Assembly (NCBI GenBank): GCA_013265495.1
Contig: MU058252.1
Span: forward strand, 186,001-250,000
From: Vicugna vicugna
Lineage: Eukaryota
DNA length: 64,000 nucleotides
Reading direction: 5' to 3'
Shown here in pieces: positions 12,472-25,410 of this stretch. The position numbers were made by a program, and so were the translations under genes. Below the pieces are notes generated by a model, which was not told where the DNA came from, made no database searches, and was given only the letters and a program-made list of their open reading frames with translations. The first letter of the stretch is position 1, and each line of letters starts with the position of its first letter.

Positions 12472-12743
12472 TAGAAACAGCCCCAGTTGGTTCAGAGAAC
12501 ACACCTGAGCGAACCCACCTGAGCCAAGATGCTCCGTACAGCCAGGAATTCCTGGAGTTCTCAGAGGTCCCTGGTGTTCAGGACTCTAGAGAACTCATTT
12601 TTCATTTTTTCACTGGATAAAAGACAACTTGGGGTTGAGGTCTAGCAAGCTGGGGTGCAGACCGCAGGTAAAAGCTAGACAGCCCAGGAAAGCATCCCAG
12701 CTTAGGAAAGCATCGCAGCTTAAGCAGTTGTGTGTCCGTGTGT

Positions 12744-12757
12744 CCACCAGGTGGCGC
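12744..12757 (+). promoter_or_regulatory. CTCF motif (consensus core)
   Basis: CCACCAGGTGGCGC in non-repetitive DNA. Confidence 0.7.
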
Positions 12758-12904
12758 AGGGCACGTCAGCCGTCAGTTCCCACCGCCTGCCCGGTGTTCA
12801 CTGCTAACCCCGCAGACGTCAGCACCGCAGAACCTGGAAATGCCTACAGGTGCAAGGCTAGAGCTTGACCAAGTTATGTTTTCATTTGGACCAAGTTCAA
12901 CCAA

Positions 12905-13305
12905 ATTTAACAGAAGAATATAACTGGCTTTGGCAGGAGAGAAGTTTATTTGTTTCTATGTGAAAAGCAACCCTGGGCTGGTATAGGCAGCACTCCATGA
13001 AGGTGTGTCCAGGAGGCAGCCACCTAGGATATTCCCTCAGCCTTCTAGTCCAAAGTGACTGCTAGAGCTCCAGCCATTGCATCTGAATACTATGCTGTAG
13101 GATAGAGGAGGGGCGAGAAAGGCATGGCCCACACTCTAAGGAGATTCCCCAGAATTCAGAGACATCACTTCTACTTACAACTCATTGGCCAGATGTGGAG
13201 GCTGGAGACTTGAGTCTTTCACTGAGCATTATTACCCCAGTGTTCAGTTTGGAATAAGAATGTGAGAATGGAGAGCTGAAAGCAACTAGCAACCTCGGCC
13301 ACGTA
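12905..13305 (-). mobile_element. Old MaLR (MLT1J/K-like) LTR
   Basis: gtccaaagtgactgctagagctccagccattgcatctgaa…cacttctacttacaactcattggccaga. Confidence 0.6.
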
Positions 13306-13429
13306 TTAATAATATGCTGCTGAAAATCCCTTTACACCAACACATATTTTCCAACTCCTGGAAACTGGGATAACTGAGGGCTCCCTCACTGCCTATGCTT
13401 TTTTGCTGTGACTCCCAAAGGTATATCCC

Positions 13430-13930
13430 ATGTCCAGATTCTTCTCCTAAGCTCCAGGATTTGCATGTCTACCCAAATGTCCTACAACAATCCAAGCCAG
13501 CTCGCCCCCTCCCCATCCCGCTCCCGGTCCACCTGCTTTTTCTCCTGTGTTCCAGCTCCAGGAATCCATTATCAAGGCCCTGCCACCTAAGCCAAGAGCC
13601 AAGAAGCCATCCTGGGCATCCCCTTCCCCTACACAACCATCCAGTCTGTCTACCCTATAGACCCCATCTTCTTAGCGTTTCTTGAATCTATTCCATCTCC
13701 TCGTTCCCATTGTGACTTATTGCTCATCACCTCATGCCTGAGATGTTACCCCATCTCACCTCCTCCACACCATCCTCAGCTTTGCTTCCAGAGGAATCAC
13801 TCGGAAATCCAAATCTAATCATGTCTCCCTCCTGATTAACACCTCAGTGGCTCCCCACTGTCCTCAGGGAAAACTCTGAATTCATTACCATGATTTATCA
13901 AAACCTTCAGGATATGACCTGTCCTTCCTT
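13430..13930 (+). mobile_element. L2 LINE remnant
   Basis: ttctcctaagctccag…caaatctaatcatgtctccctcctgattaacacctcagtggctccccactg. Confidence 0.7.
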
Positions 13931-14024
13931 CCTCCTGATACTGGTTGGCATTTAAAAAGCATTTACTAAAAAGCATGTACAAATATTAACTCTTTTCATC
14001 CTCACAGCAACTCTCTGAGGTGGC

Positions 14025-14455
14025 AGGTGATAGCTGGATTATTATTCAGCAAATACTCACACTTCCCCAGAATGCACTTGGCCACTCCATCTGTGTTGGG
14101 CTCGACCATGTGACTTGCTTTGGCCAGTGAATGTGAGTGGCCAGAATAGATGCATTAAATGCACCTGCGTGATTTGGCTTCATGCTTGCTCTCCAGAGAC
14201 CCAGGGTAAGAGGAGTCCTAAAGCCTTCAGTCTGTGCCTCAGAATAAACACAAGTGCATCACACTTGAAGTCAGTCCAAACCCAGGCTGCCCCACAGCCC
14301 AAAGCACAGCTGTGCAGCCACACCCACCCTGGATCAGCAGAGCTACAGTCTGGTGAGCCCTGTGCATTTGAGAATAAATTCTGATTCTGTTGTCAGCCAC
14401 TGAGTTTGAGGGCTGTTTGTTACAGAGCGTTATTATGACAGTAGCTGACTCAGAC
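14025..14455 (+). mobile_element. MLT1-type LTR inserted into a MIR
   Basis: ccatgtgacttgctttggccagtgaatgtgagtgg…agccactgagtttgagggctgtttgttaca; flanked by MIR halves (cctcacagcaactctctgagg / gaggtaggaattattacccctgtttt). Confidence 0.7.
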
Positions 14456-15476
14456 GAGGTAGGAATTATTACCCCTGTTTTCCAGGAATACCAACACCTG
14501 TTCTCACCTCTGGCCCATGCATCTCCTGCTGCCTCTCTCTCTGAGTCTGCTTCTCCTGGTCCTTTACTAGCTGATCCTTCAGGTCTCAGTTCAAATGTCC
14601 CTTCTCAGAGAGGCCTTCTCCACAGAAGCACCACCATGACAGCCACCAGTACGGCACTATTTGCTTCCCTCATTCTCACGATCTGAAAGCATCTTATTGG
14701 CTTACATTTTTCTCAGTCTACCTGTGTGTCCCCAGCCAGGTTGGAGGTCGTGTGATGGGGGGGCTTGGGGATATCCATCCCTCTTCCATATTCTGCTGGC
14801 AGCCTGTGCTCATCTGGCACTGTCACCACTCTCCTGTCTTCCTGGCTAGACTGAAGCTCATGCCTCATTTTTATAAGCAAGGCCTGCACCGCCAGTGACT
14901 GGCACAGAGGGGTGCTCAGTAGATGCTGCATTCCAGCTGTGCATGGACGTTTCTGGTTTACTGGTGGGAAAGCCACCTCCTTCCTGTGCCAGAGGGAGCT
15001 GCTCATCTGCCTGACCCCCACACAGGGCAGGAGCCCAGGATTAAAGGCTTCTCCAAAGTCCAAGCAACATTGACTCTAACAACATCCCCACCCACAGCCC
15101 CAGAGCAGGAGGAAGAGCTGCCTGCCAGCCAGGAGCCAGGTGTGTAACAGCGTTAACCTTGACATTGGCGCTTGTAGCCTCCGCCCTTGCCCGGGCAGCC
15201 TGGCCGCACTGCTCAGCCGTCCCTTCCTTCCTTCAGGAGCTCTGAGCCCCCAGGGGTTCCTTTGACATTTGCTGAGTTTCTGCAGTGCCCTGGCTCCAGA
15301 TCACACTTCAGAGGGAGGCACAGAGAGCCCCCACCCTCGATGCATCTGTGGCTTAGTGGGAAGAACTGGTCCCTGAGGAAGTAACTGGAAATGGTGGTGG
15401 AACTGCTGAGATGGCCCCCTCCCGAGGGGCTGTGGTGTGGCAGGGGTGTGGCCGGGTGGGGAGGGTCTGGCAGAGA

Positions 15477-15530
15477 CCAGACTCTAACTGAACAGCAGAG
15501 TGGCCAGACTCTAACTGAATGGCAGAGTGG
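15477..15530 (+). repeat. 27-bp tandem duplication (2 copies)
   Basis: ccagactctaactgaacagcagagtgg / ccagactctaactgaatggcagagtgg. Confidence 0.85.
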
Positions 15531-16254
15531 CCCAGGCAGGGAGGGAAGGACTCGGACAGGGTGATGGCTTGAGCAGAGACCCAAAGAAGAGAAACGCCTC
15601 GCTCTGAACTGGGAGCTGCAAGAATCTCGCGCAGCTGGAGCAGGAGCCCAAGGTCGGGAGCTGTCCCCTAAGGCTGGGAGGGCCCTTGGGACTTACTCGG
15701 GGCTCTTGGGTCCTGGGGGGCTCTCAGCCGGTTAGAGGCAGTGGGATGTGTCGTTGTACAAGCTCCCTGGGGGGATAGGCTAGTAGGTGGGTTTGAGAGG
15801 AACAAAGTGGAGGCAGAGAGACCAATTACAACTCTGAAAGTGTTCGTGCCAGAGACAAAAGACGCTAAACCCGGTCGGGGGGTGGGAGGGAGTAGAATGA
15901 GAGGCAGATTCCAGAACAATCCAAGAAGTATAGGAAGTAAAGTCCCGGTGTGGGGACAGGAGGTGGAGAAGGAAGGAGAGGTGGCAGCCTGTGGGCTCCC
16001 AGCCTGGATGCGGAGATGAGCAGCACCTCCGGGGAACCCTGGGCTGGGGGAGGGGGAGAGGAGGGGAGGGGCCTGCTGATGCCCCTGGATGGAGAGAGCT
16101 GGGGGCGGAGGCGGACAGGACAGGTGCAGGTCAGCTGGAGTCGGGGGAGCCTGGGGAGAACTTGGTCTAGAGAGCAGAGATGGGTGGGAAAGGAAGCTTG
16201 AAAAGAGGGACCGAAGTTGGATACTGAGACTGAGAAAATGAGAGCTAGAGGGAG

Positions 16255-16335
16255 AAAGCAGAGACCCAGAGACAGACAGAGAGAGAGACAGACAGACAGA
16301 GAGGGAGACGGAGAGACAGACGGAGACACAGACAG
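16255..16335 (+). repeat. (GAGA/GACA)n simple repeat
   Basis: gagacagacagagagagagacagacagacaga…. Confidence 0.9.
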
Positions 16336-17229
16336 CGCTCGCTGGGAGGGCGGGCTGAGGCCCCGGGCCTCAGGGGACGTGTCCTTCGCAGTGCCTTCCA
16401 CACGCCACCTTCCCCTTGCAGCCTCTCATTTTAGCTCCTCGTCACCGCTCCTAGCTGTCATTTTGCACTACTCAGGACCTTTTTGGTTGCAAGTGATAAA
16501 ACCCAGCCTGAACAAGGCTGAGGAAAAAGAGACAGGCTTTGAAAAGCCATCTGGGCTTCGTTCCCAGTAAAGTCGGGATACAGGACCAGACCCTGGAGAA
16601 AGACGGATCCACTGGGACCCGGGACCGGACCGCTGCCAGGGGCCAACCTCCAGGCCAGGCCTTGTGCCTGAGCCCTCTGCGAGGGGTTCATCCTCATCGG
16701 GAGGTGGGGCTCTCCATGTGCAGGGCCTGTGCCCCCAGCCTGAGAGAGGCGATTCTGTCCCCAAGGCCAGTTTGCAAACTCCCAGGAAGGACGTCTACTG
16801 GTGGGGATCCAGGGACCATGGGGTAGTAGGCAGGATTTATAAGAAACCTTTGGCTCACATTCAACCTCCCGATTGGGATGGGGAAAAGGCAGTGTCTGGA
16901 AGAATGTGCCGAACACCAGGGACAAGCAGAGCAATGGTGGCCCTAAGTCAGACGGCCCCCAGCAGAAGCCCCCTCCCTCGCTGATGCTCCACTCTCTGCC
17001 TTCCTTTGCACTCCCTCCTTCTCCCTCACCCCCATCTTCCTCTCCTCTCCCTCCCCACCCCCAAACCTCTCTTCCCCCTAACCCCAACCCCCAGGCTGGG
17101 GGCTCCTCTGCTTCTCCAAGTCTGACCTCCCTCCCTCCCTGCTTTTCCAGCCCTGTTTTTGTCTAGAATTTGGGGCCCTCACACACTTAGGACATTTCTG
17201 TTCCACCATGACATTTAAGGTCCCCATAG

Positions 17230-17400
17230 TTACCTGGGCTCAGAGCTAAACAAAACTCTAATCTAGACGAGGTCTGGCCAGCGCCAAGCACAGCAGGGCC
17301 ATTACCTCCAGCGTTGGGCCCTCCGCTCCTACTGAGGCAGCCAAAGACCACATTAGCTTTCTTGGCAGTCTTGTCATAGCTGAGTCACACTGAGTTTTCT
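17230..17400 (-). mobile_element. CR1/L3 LINE remnant
   Basis: aggtctggccagcgccaagcacagcagggccattacctcc…gcagccaaagaccacattagctttcttggcag. Confidence 0.6.
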
Positions 17401-17504
17401 GTTTCCATAAAACATGTTATAAAGATTATAAAAGTAATCATGTGCTCATTGGAAAAAACTTTGAAAACACAGAAAAACATAAGGAAGATTAAAAGTCAAT
17501 TATA

Positions 17505-17640
17505 GGGGAGAGTACAGCTCAGTGGTAGAGTGTGTGCTTAGCCTGCATGAGGTTCTGTGTTCAATCCCCACTAACCGCCATTAAATAAATAAACCTAATT
17601 ACCTCCCCTGCCAAAAAATTTTTTTAATTAAAATAAAAAA
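17505..17640 (+). mobile_element. Camelid tRNA-derived SINE (Vic-1-like)
   Basis: ggggagagtacagctcagtggtagag (A box)…gttcaatcccc (B box)…aaataaataaacctaattacctcccc; flanking aaaagtca repeat. Confidence 0.88.
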
Positions 17641-17849
17641 GTCACCTTTGATGCCTCATTTTGGTATATTTCTCTTCCGACTTTTACTTACACAGATTTT
17701 AAAACATGTTTAAACAAATGTTGGCTTAGTTTGTGAAATCTACAGCTTTCACCTAACCTTTTATCAAGAGCATTTTGCATATCATTAAAAATTCTGTGAA
17801 AATACTTTGAATGGGTTAGTGATATTCCCTTTATGGGTAACAATAAGTG

Positions 17850-18095
17850 ACAGTATTGTTAATACAATAGCTGATACTTACTAAATGTTTTTGTGCTAAA
17901 TGCTTTTGTGGATCATTTTACTTAAAAACCTACCAAGTAGCTTCCCTGGGATGTAGGTACAATTATTTTCCTTATTTTACAAATAAGGAAACTGAGGCTT
18001 AGAGAGGTTAAATAATCTACCATAGCCACACAGCTAGTAAGTGGCAGATCAGAGTTCTGAACCCAAAACAGCCTGGTTCACAGCTAATGTTCCCT
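17850..18095 (-). mobile_element. MIR
   Basis: attttacaaataaggaaactgaggcttagagaggttaaataat…cacacagctagtaagtggcaga. Confidence 0.85.
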
Positions 18096-18419
18096 CCATG
18101 CCACCTTCCATCCGCACACCATGTCCCACAGGTACGTCCAGGTGATGCTCGTGTGCGGTAGGAAGATGTCATCACTGTCCACCTGGGCCAAGGTATGTCT
18201 CTCCAGGACAATGACGGAGGATGCGTCCTGTGAGTAGGGACATCCTATATGCAGTTGACATGTGACTTAGAAAACTTTAAGTCATAAAGTTGCGATGTGG
18301 AGCCCATGGCTGAAGTGTGGCTCCACCATGTGGGCTGGGGACATGGGGATGAACAGCTCTTCACAGCACAGAGCCACAGAATAATTCAGAAAACCAGACT
18401 TTGAATGAAACCATCACAA

Positions 18420-19800
18420 CTTTAAAGGCTGTATATCAAAACCCCACAGCAAATAACATACCTAATGAAGAAATTTAGGAAACATTCCTGTTAATATTGG
18501 CAACAGGATAAGAATGCCTGTTAGCACTGCTATTACGTAACAAAGGACCAGAGGTCCCAGCCAATGCTATATAACAAGAAAAAGAAATAAAGGTGTAGGA
18601 ACTAGAAGCAAAGAGATACACGTATCGTTATTTGTGGACAATATGATAAACTACATAGAAATTTGAACAAACTATTAGAACTAAAAAGAGGGTTATTGGA
18701 TAGACGTAAGAGCAACTTACAAAAACCAAAAATACTTTATACCACAATAACCACCTACACTATATAACAAAATAGGGTACCATTCATAATAGCAACAAAA
18801 GCTATAAAATATCTTTAAATATGACCAAAAAATACATCATTCTCAATGGAGGAAAATTTTACCTTCTATTAAATGAGATAAAAGATCAAAATAAATGAAA
18901 TAATCCGCATTGTTGGATGGGATTACTTAATATAAAATTATCAACTCCACCCAAGTATTATCACAATTACAACCCTAATCAAATTCGAATTGTATTCTTT
19001 TACAAACTCAAACTTACTCTAAAATTTTTAAGGAAGAATAGAAGTTCCCAAATCACTAAGGTAATTCTAGAACAGAAGGGGAAAGAGAAATTGGTTTTAT
19101 AAGAGATGAAAATATACTCCAAGGCCATAGTAATAAAACAGTGAAGTGCTGGCACCATTAACCAAAAAGAGAACTCAAATATAGACCCATGGATATGTGG
19201 CAGCTTGATTTATGAGAGAGAAGTCACCACAAGTCAGTGTAAAAAGAACGTGTTTAGCAAACGATTGTTGGGAAGCTAGTTCTTTATATTGTGAGGTGGA
19301 TTCCTACCATACAGTATATGCAAAGGTGGCTCCAGGTGAATTAAAGACCTAAATGGGCAAAGGGAAGAGTAGGTAGAGTTCATGACTTGCATGCACAAGT
19401 GCTGGGCTCAATCCCCAGTATCTCCATTAAAAAAGCAAATAAATAAATAAACCTAATTACGCTACCCCCGAAAAAAAAACAAAAAAAAATTTTAAAGATG
19501 TAAATGGGAAAGAGTTAATCATAAAACTAATACGAAAAAATGTACAATAATATATCCAATACTTGGGCTGAATTCAAGGAAGATTTCATAAGTAAGACCT
19601 AAAAGGCACAAACTATGAGACAAAACTTGGTATTTTTGCTATATCAAAATTAAGAATTTCTGTTCCAAAAAAAAAATACCATAGACAAAATTAACATACC
19701 GATGCCCAATGGGGAAAACCATTTGCAGCATCCAAAGCTGACTAGGCATTACTAGAACACACAAGAAAGGGACACTACAGAAAAACATGGGAATGAAAAG
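18420..19800 (+). mobile_element. Degenerate L1 ORF2 (L1ME-like)
   Basis: aacaggataagaatgcctgttagcactgctatta…cagccaatgctatataacaagaaaaagaaataaagg (RT region). Confidence 0.8.
19361..19492 (+). mobile_element. Camelid SINE nested in L1
   Basis: ggtagag…gcatgcacaagtgctgggctcaatccccagtatctcc…aaataaacctaattac; degenerate flanking repeat taaaga..taaatggg. Confidence 0.85.
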
Positions 19801-20084
19801 TTTTGTACAGAAGCTTCCCTTTTTCCCCACACTTCATTTTTCACTTGTTACCTTTTCAGGAGCCAGACATGAAAGACATTCAAAAACAACTGCATATACA
19901 GAGAAAATTAGAAAGTGACCATGTGTGCCCTTGGAACAGCTCAGAAAATGCACAAGAAGACATTAAGCTTACAGCTCAAGCTGATCCTTGGCAAGATACA
20001 GCCTATAACAATCAAAAAATAATAATTATTAATAATAATAAAATACAGCAAACCCTGGGGGAGGCGGAGATTTCCACCTCCTTT

Positions 20085-20288
20085 ATTTTTTTTAACATTT
20101 TTTATTGATTTATAATCATTTTACAATGTTGTGTCAAATTCCAGTGTTCAGCACAATTTTTCAGTCATTCATGGACATATACACACTCATTGTCACATTT
20201 TTTTCTCTGTGAGTTATCATAACATTTTGTGTATATTTCCCTGTGCTATACAGTGTAATCTTGTTTATCTATTCTACAATTTTGAAAT
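20085..20288 (-). mobile_element. Young camelid L1 3' end with TSD
   Basis: Near-identical to the copy at 36079-36258; flanked by ccacctccttta / ccgcctccttta. Confidence 0.85.
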
Positions 20289-20299
20289 CCGCCTCCTTT

Positions 20300-20606
20300 A
20301 AAGTGGCGTCAGGAAGCCCTGCATGGGGAGCTCTGATGCACACACCTTCCATCAAGCATATTGCACAATTGTGGGCAGAAAGAAGCTTACTTTACTACCC
20401 CAGCAGGGGAAGGAAAATGTTCTCCTAGCCCAGCAACAGCCCAGCCAATGAGAAGCCCCTGCAACTCAGCCAGTAAGAAACTGTCACCCTGAATTCCCAC
20501 TTTCCTCCAATGGACTTCCATTCAAAGTAGACCATCCTAACTTCCCCTTTTTCTCTATAAACTAACATTCCTCTAATTTGTTCTCCAGACTTGCCTACGG
20601 TTTGCC
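20300..20606 (+). mobile_element. ERV1-type LTR fragment
   Basis: Repeated CCAAT boxes (cagccaatgagaag, cctccaatgg) and a TATA-like ctataaa, then abrupt truncation by L1. Confidence 0.55.
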
Positions 20607-21187
20607 ATATGATCCAGGAATTCCACTTCTGGGAATATACCCACAATAATTGAAAACGAAGTCTCAAAGAGATATTTGTACACCCGTGTTCAAAGTAGCA
20701 TTATTCACAACAGCTAACACATGCAACCCAAGCTTCCTTCAATGGGTGAATGGATAAGCGGAATATTATATACAGATATACATACATATCAAACACAATG
20801 GAACATTATTCATCCTTAAAAAGGAAGAAATTCTGTCACATGCTACAACATGGATGAACCTTGAGGACATTATGCTGAGTGAGATAGGCCAGTCACAAAA
20901 AGACAAATTCTGTAGGATTCCACTTATACAAGGTCCTTACAGTAGTCAAAATCATAAACACAGAAGGTATAATGGTGGTTGTCAGGAGCTGGGGGCAGGG
21001 AATAATGGGGAGTTATTGTTTAATAGGTGGAGTTTCAGGTTTATGAAAAGGGCTGTGAGCATGGACGGTGGTGATGGTTGCACAACAATGAGAATGTGTT
21101 TAATACGACTGAACTGTACACTTGGAAATGGCTAAAATGGTAAATTTCATGTTGTGTGTTTTACTACAATTTTTAAAAGAAAAAAAT
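20607..21187 (+). mobile_element. L1MB-type ORF2 end and 3' UTR
   Basis: catatgatccaggaattccacttctgggaatatacc…acatggatgaaccttgaggacattatgctgagtga…aaaatggtaaatttcatgttg. Confidence 0.88.
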
Positions 21188-21991
21188 GGGAGGGAAAAAC
21201 TCCTTTTCCTTTCATCCAGGAGGAAATAAAGAGTTGATGTGCCGAGGACATTTGGGCAATTCTGTAGAAGTGGTGGGTTGAGGGGGTGACCTTTGTCCCT
21301 TTGCCAATTACATTGTTTCCTTCACCTGTGAATGTATGGATTTTAAAAACCATCACTAAGAAAGACTGGTCCAAAGACCAAGGATGTCCTTGGTCCCACA
21401 AGATACTTAATGTTGTTTATAACAAGTGAATAGAAAAGGGCACAGAATCTTCTTTAGTCTTCACGACTTTCATGGTCTCATTAAAACCCTTTGCAGGCTA
21501 GCTACTTTACGACGTCTCTGTGAGAGAACAGAGGAAACCCACTTCTCCACTCCCCTAAGGAGGACAGGATCGCTGAAATCCGTTGTCGTCACTGTCAGTC
21601 AACTTGGTGGAAAGCAGAGGGGCAGCCAGCCTCCCTGGAGAAGAGCAGTGATGTGGTCACAGCCACCAAGAGTCCTGCAGAGTAGCCTCTGTTTGTCTGC
21701 CTCTCCTGAGCGCCGGCGTGGGGAGAGGTGGGGGCTGGAGTCCTGTGCAGAGAGAGAGACCGCTTCCTCAGAGAGGTCCAGAGCCACTGAGGGTGGCATC
21801 CAGTGATCGGTCAGGTACTCCTCACTGGAAAATAAAGGCATTTGGTGAAGAAAATCCTTTCTGACTGTTGTCTCACCTAGAAAACAGAACCTTTACAGGC
21901 TTTTTATAAACAGCCCAAATTAAGCCTAATTCGGGTCTGCAAAGAAAGACACTTCCCCTCTGAGTGGTTCCAGAAAGGCAGGATTGGGGCT

Positions 21992-22382
21992 CTGTTAGCC
22001 TCCGAGGGCCCCCATCACACAGCACCACAGACTGGCTAGTTACGCGGCAGGGTTTTCTTCTCTTACGTTCTGGAGGCTCGAAGTCCAAGATCAAGGTGTC
22101 AGGGGAATTGACTTCTTCTGAGGCCTCTCTGCTTGGCAAGTGGATGGCCGTCTCCTCCCTGTGTCCTCCCACGACCTTCCGTCTGCGTGTGTCTGTGTCC
22201 TGACCTCCTCTTCTTATAAGGACACCCGTCATATTGGGCTAGGGCCCACTCATATGACCTCGTTTGATCTTAGTCACCTCTTTAAAGGCTCTGCCTCCAA
22301 ATAAAGTCACTTTCTGAGGCCCTAGGGGTTAGACCTTCAACCTATCAACCCAATGGGAGGAGCCTACTTCAGCCCATAATAG
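21992..22382 (-). mobile_element. MLT1B-like LTR
   Basis: gttctggaggctcgaagtccaagatcaaggtgtc…cttataaggacacccgtcatattggg. Confidence 0.85.
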
Positions 22383-23254
22383 GAGCTTAAGAAATGTGGT
22401 GGTAACTAGACAGTGTTCGTGGAGCATGTATGAGAAAAGGCAGTGATTAAACCACTGCTAAGCTATGTCAGGGGCCTCTGAAACCAGAGAGCTGAGACAC
22501 GTGGGAGGACAACTCAGCAGAGAGCTATGACCTTCTCCAGAATGACTTTGCAATGCAAGGATCTCCCAGTGGGAAGAAACAGTGTGGCCAGGAGAGCACG
22601 TGTGAGACCCAGGTACACTCGCAAAGCCCTCTGAGCCAGCAACCCGTGACTAGGGGCTTCTTAGGAGATAATCAGAAAAGCTCTCAGAGATGTTTACCCA
22701 AGACCTTTTACCATAGCCGGATATACATTATCAAAAATTAGATACCAGTTGAGGATTGGTTGGCTAAATTATAGTATACCTAATTAAATAATATTTGAAT
22801 ATTAAAATAGCTAAAATTAATAACATACATCTATATTTAATCAGACAATAGTCAGGATGGATTTTCTAAATCAAATCACCAGAAAGATGCCCACAATTGC
22901 CGAGTGAATAGCAAGTTACAAAATGCAATCCCATTTTTGTAACAAATGTATTACAAACATTTGTATTGCAGACATGGACATCTACAAGGACATTCTCTGC
23001 TGTGTAAGCAGTGGTTATCTCTGGCTGGTGGACTTCAGAATGATTTTTTTCTTTATTCTTTATGATTTATGTTTCATCTGAGTTTTCACAAAATATATGA
23101 GTTACACGTATGATCAGAAGAAAACTGAGATGCGTCCCCAGGGGATGACCACCAAGGAGCATCATAGATGCATCACCTTGTAAATTAACCACATTCTAGT
23201 GTTTTGTCCTCAGCTTTGCTAGTGGAGAAACTCCACTTACACCCTGTACCCATA

Positions 23255-23722
23255 AAGATTATGTTCTGTTGTAAATAGAAAGCCCTACCAACTTTGGCTT
23301 AAACAGGTAGGCGCTTATTTTTTTAACAATATCTGGAGGGAAGCAATTCAGGTCTCATGCATCTGGTCATGGTTGTCATCAGGGAGCCAGAGGCCCCTCT
23401 ATCTTCTTTCCCTGGCATCCTTGGGTGTGACTTTTGTCCTCATGTTATGAAATGGCTGCTATACTTCCAGGTCTCACATCCACGTTCCAGGAGATAGCAG
23501 TGGGACGGGCAAAAACACTTTCTTCTCGTAAGGCTTTACATTCATTATCCAGAAAAAGAACACACTCCCGAGGGACTTCCATCTGCATTGCATTAACCAG
23601 AACTGTGGCACATGGCTACCTTCAGCTGGAAGGGAATCAGGAAATGAGAATTTTTAGCTGGACATGTGGGATTCTATTAATAAGAAAGAATGGAAAATAG
23701 ATAGGAAGACAACTGTCTGTGC
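23255..23722 (-). mobile_element. Old MaLR (MLT1J/K-like) LTR
   Basis: ggcttaaacagg…aaatggctgctatacttccaggtctcacatcc…cattaaccagaactgtggcacatggctac. Confidence 0.65.
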
Positions 23723-24384
23723 TGCACAGTATCCGCTGGTGATGCTAGCAGGGAACATTTGGTATTTCCCAACTTACAATAGACTGAGATGTTAACCAGA
23801 TACCAAAGTATTCATTCTCAGTGCAGGAGATCCTATTGCAGTGACTAGAATTCTTATATTTCCCACCAGAACATTCTCCTCCCCAAGTATCCGGGAATTT
23901 GCTTGATGAACGTGGACTCAGATTCAAGGCAGATGGGTAATACCAGAGGATGTTTCACCCAAGCTATGATGAGCCACCTCTGCCCAAGCAACCAGCTCTC
24001 CCATGACCTGATTGCTCACATCACTCAGAGTCAACGTCCAGTCTCCTGACTGTACTGGACAGACACTGTCAACCTTCATCTCTCTGACTCCCCATTTTCT
24101 GGTTGCATGTATGCCCAAATTCCCTTTGCCTCTTGTCACATTACTTCTTTAGTTCTGTTAATGACATCTCTTTGATATGTGTTTGACCCAGGAGCACTCT
24201 GTCTCTTAGCATTTGTGTTGATTTTATTCATCAAGCTTTCAGAGTCTTCAGGGACCACCTACTTCCTCCCCACAGGCGTAGCTAAAGGTTGAAGCTCTGC
24301 AGGCTAATGAAGTCAGTGACTTCAAACCACTGGTGAGGGCTGCGGTGCCATTTGATGTCAGCATCTCAAAATTATATCCTACGA

Positions 24385-24565
24385 GGAGTGGTTGAACTAT
24401 TGGACATTGTTTTGCCTGGAGAAGAAGAAGCTGAGGAGAATAAGGCATCTGTCTAATGTATCTGAGTCATTGTCAGTGGTTTGAGTTTATGGGGCTGCTA
24501 TTAGAAGAAATAGAACTGATGGATGGAAGTTGCTCGAAGACAGGTTTAACCTAATAATAGACATT
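24385..24565 (+). mobile_element. CR1/L3 remnant (appears to continue at ~25420-25515 after an L1 insertion)
   Basis: tgttttgcctggagaagaagaagctgagg…gatggaagttgctcgaagacaggttta. Confidence 0.55.
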
Positions 24566-24566
24566 G

Positions 24567-25410
24567 TCTGAGGTATCACCTCACACCAGTCAGAATGTCC
24601 AGCATTAAAAAGTCCACAAACAGTAAATGCTGGAGAGGGTGTGGAGAAAGGGAACCCTCCTACACTGCTGGTGGGAATGTAGTTTGGTGCAGCCACTATG
24701 GAACACATATGGAGATTCCTTAAAAACTGAATATAGACTTACTCTATAATCCATCAATCTTACTCCTGGGCACATATCCAAAGAAAACTCTAATTCAAAA
24801 AGATGCATGCCCCCTAATATTCATAGCAGCACTATTCACAACAGCCAAGACAAGGAAACAACCTAAATGTCCATCGACAGATGACTGGATAAAAATTTCT
24901 GGTATATTTATACAATGGAATACTCCTCAGCCATAAAAAGGAATAAAATAATGCCATTTGCAGGAACATGGGTGGATCTGGACAACATCTTTCTAAGTGG
25001 AGTAAGCCAGAAAGAGAAAGAAAAACACCATATGATATTACTTATATGTGGAATCTTTTGAAAAAAGACACAAAGGAACTTATTTACAAAACAGAAACAG
25101 ATTCACAGACATAGAAAACAAACTCCAGGTTCCCAGGGATAAGGGGGTGGGAAGGGATAAAATGGGGGTTCAGGATTTGCAGATACTAACTACTATATAT
25201 AAAAGAGATAAACGACAAGTTTATACTGCAGAGCACAGGGAACTATATTCAATATCTTATAGTAACCTCTAATGAAAAAAATATGAAAAGGAATATCTGT
25301 ATGTATATGGATGACTGAAATATGATGCTGTATACCAGAAACTGACACAACATTGTAAACTGAGTAGACTTCAATAAAAAAGATATGTGTGTATATATAC
25401 ATATATATGG
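24567..25410 (+). mobile_element. Artiodactyl/camelid L1 ORF2 C-terminus and 3' UTR
   Basis: tgaggtatcacctcacaccagtcagaatg…gctggagagggtgtggagaaagggaaccctcc…gcacagggaactatattcaatatctt…cttcaataaaaa. Confidence 0.92.

Noticed and set aside
17505..17575. tRNA-like A/B-box sequences (also at 29984, 30721, 44208, 62560)
   Set aside because: SINE heads followed by SINE tails; degenerate stems, not tRNA genes.
18125..18235. Short exon-like segment with splice signals on both strands; peptide EDVITVHLGQG superficially tubulin-like
   Set aside because: In-frame stop immediately upstream, no further tubulin similarity and no partner exons; treated as chance.
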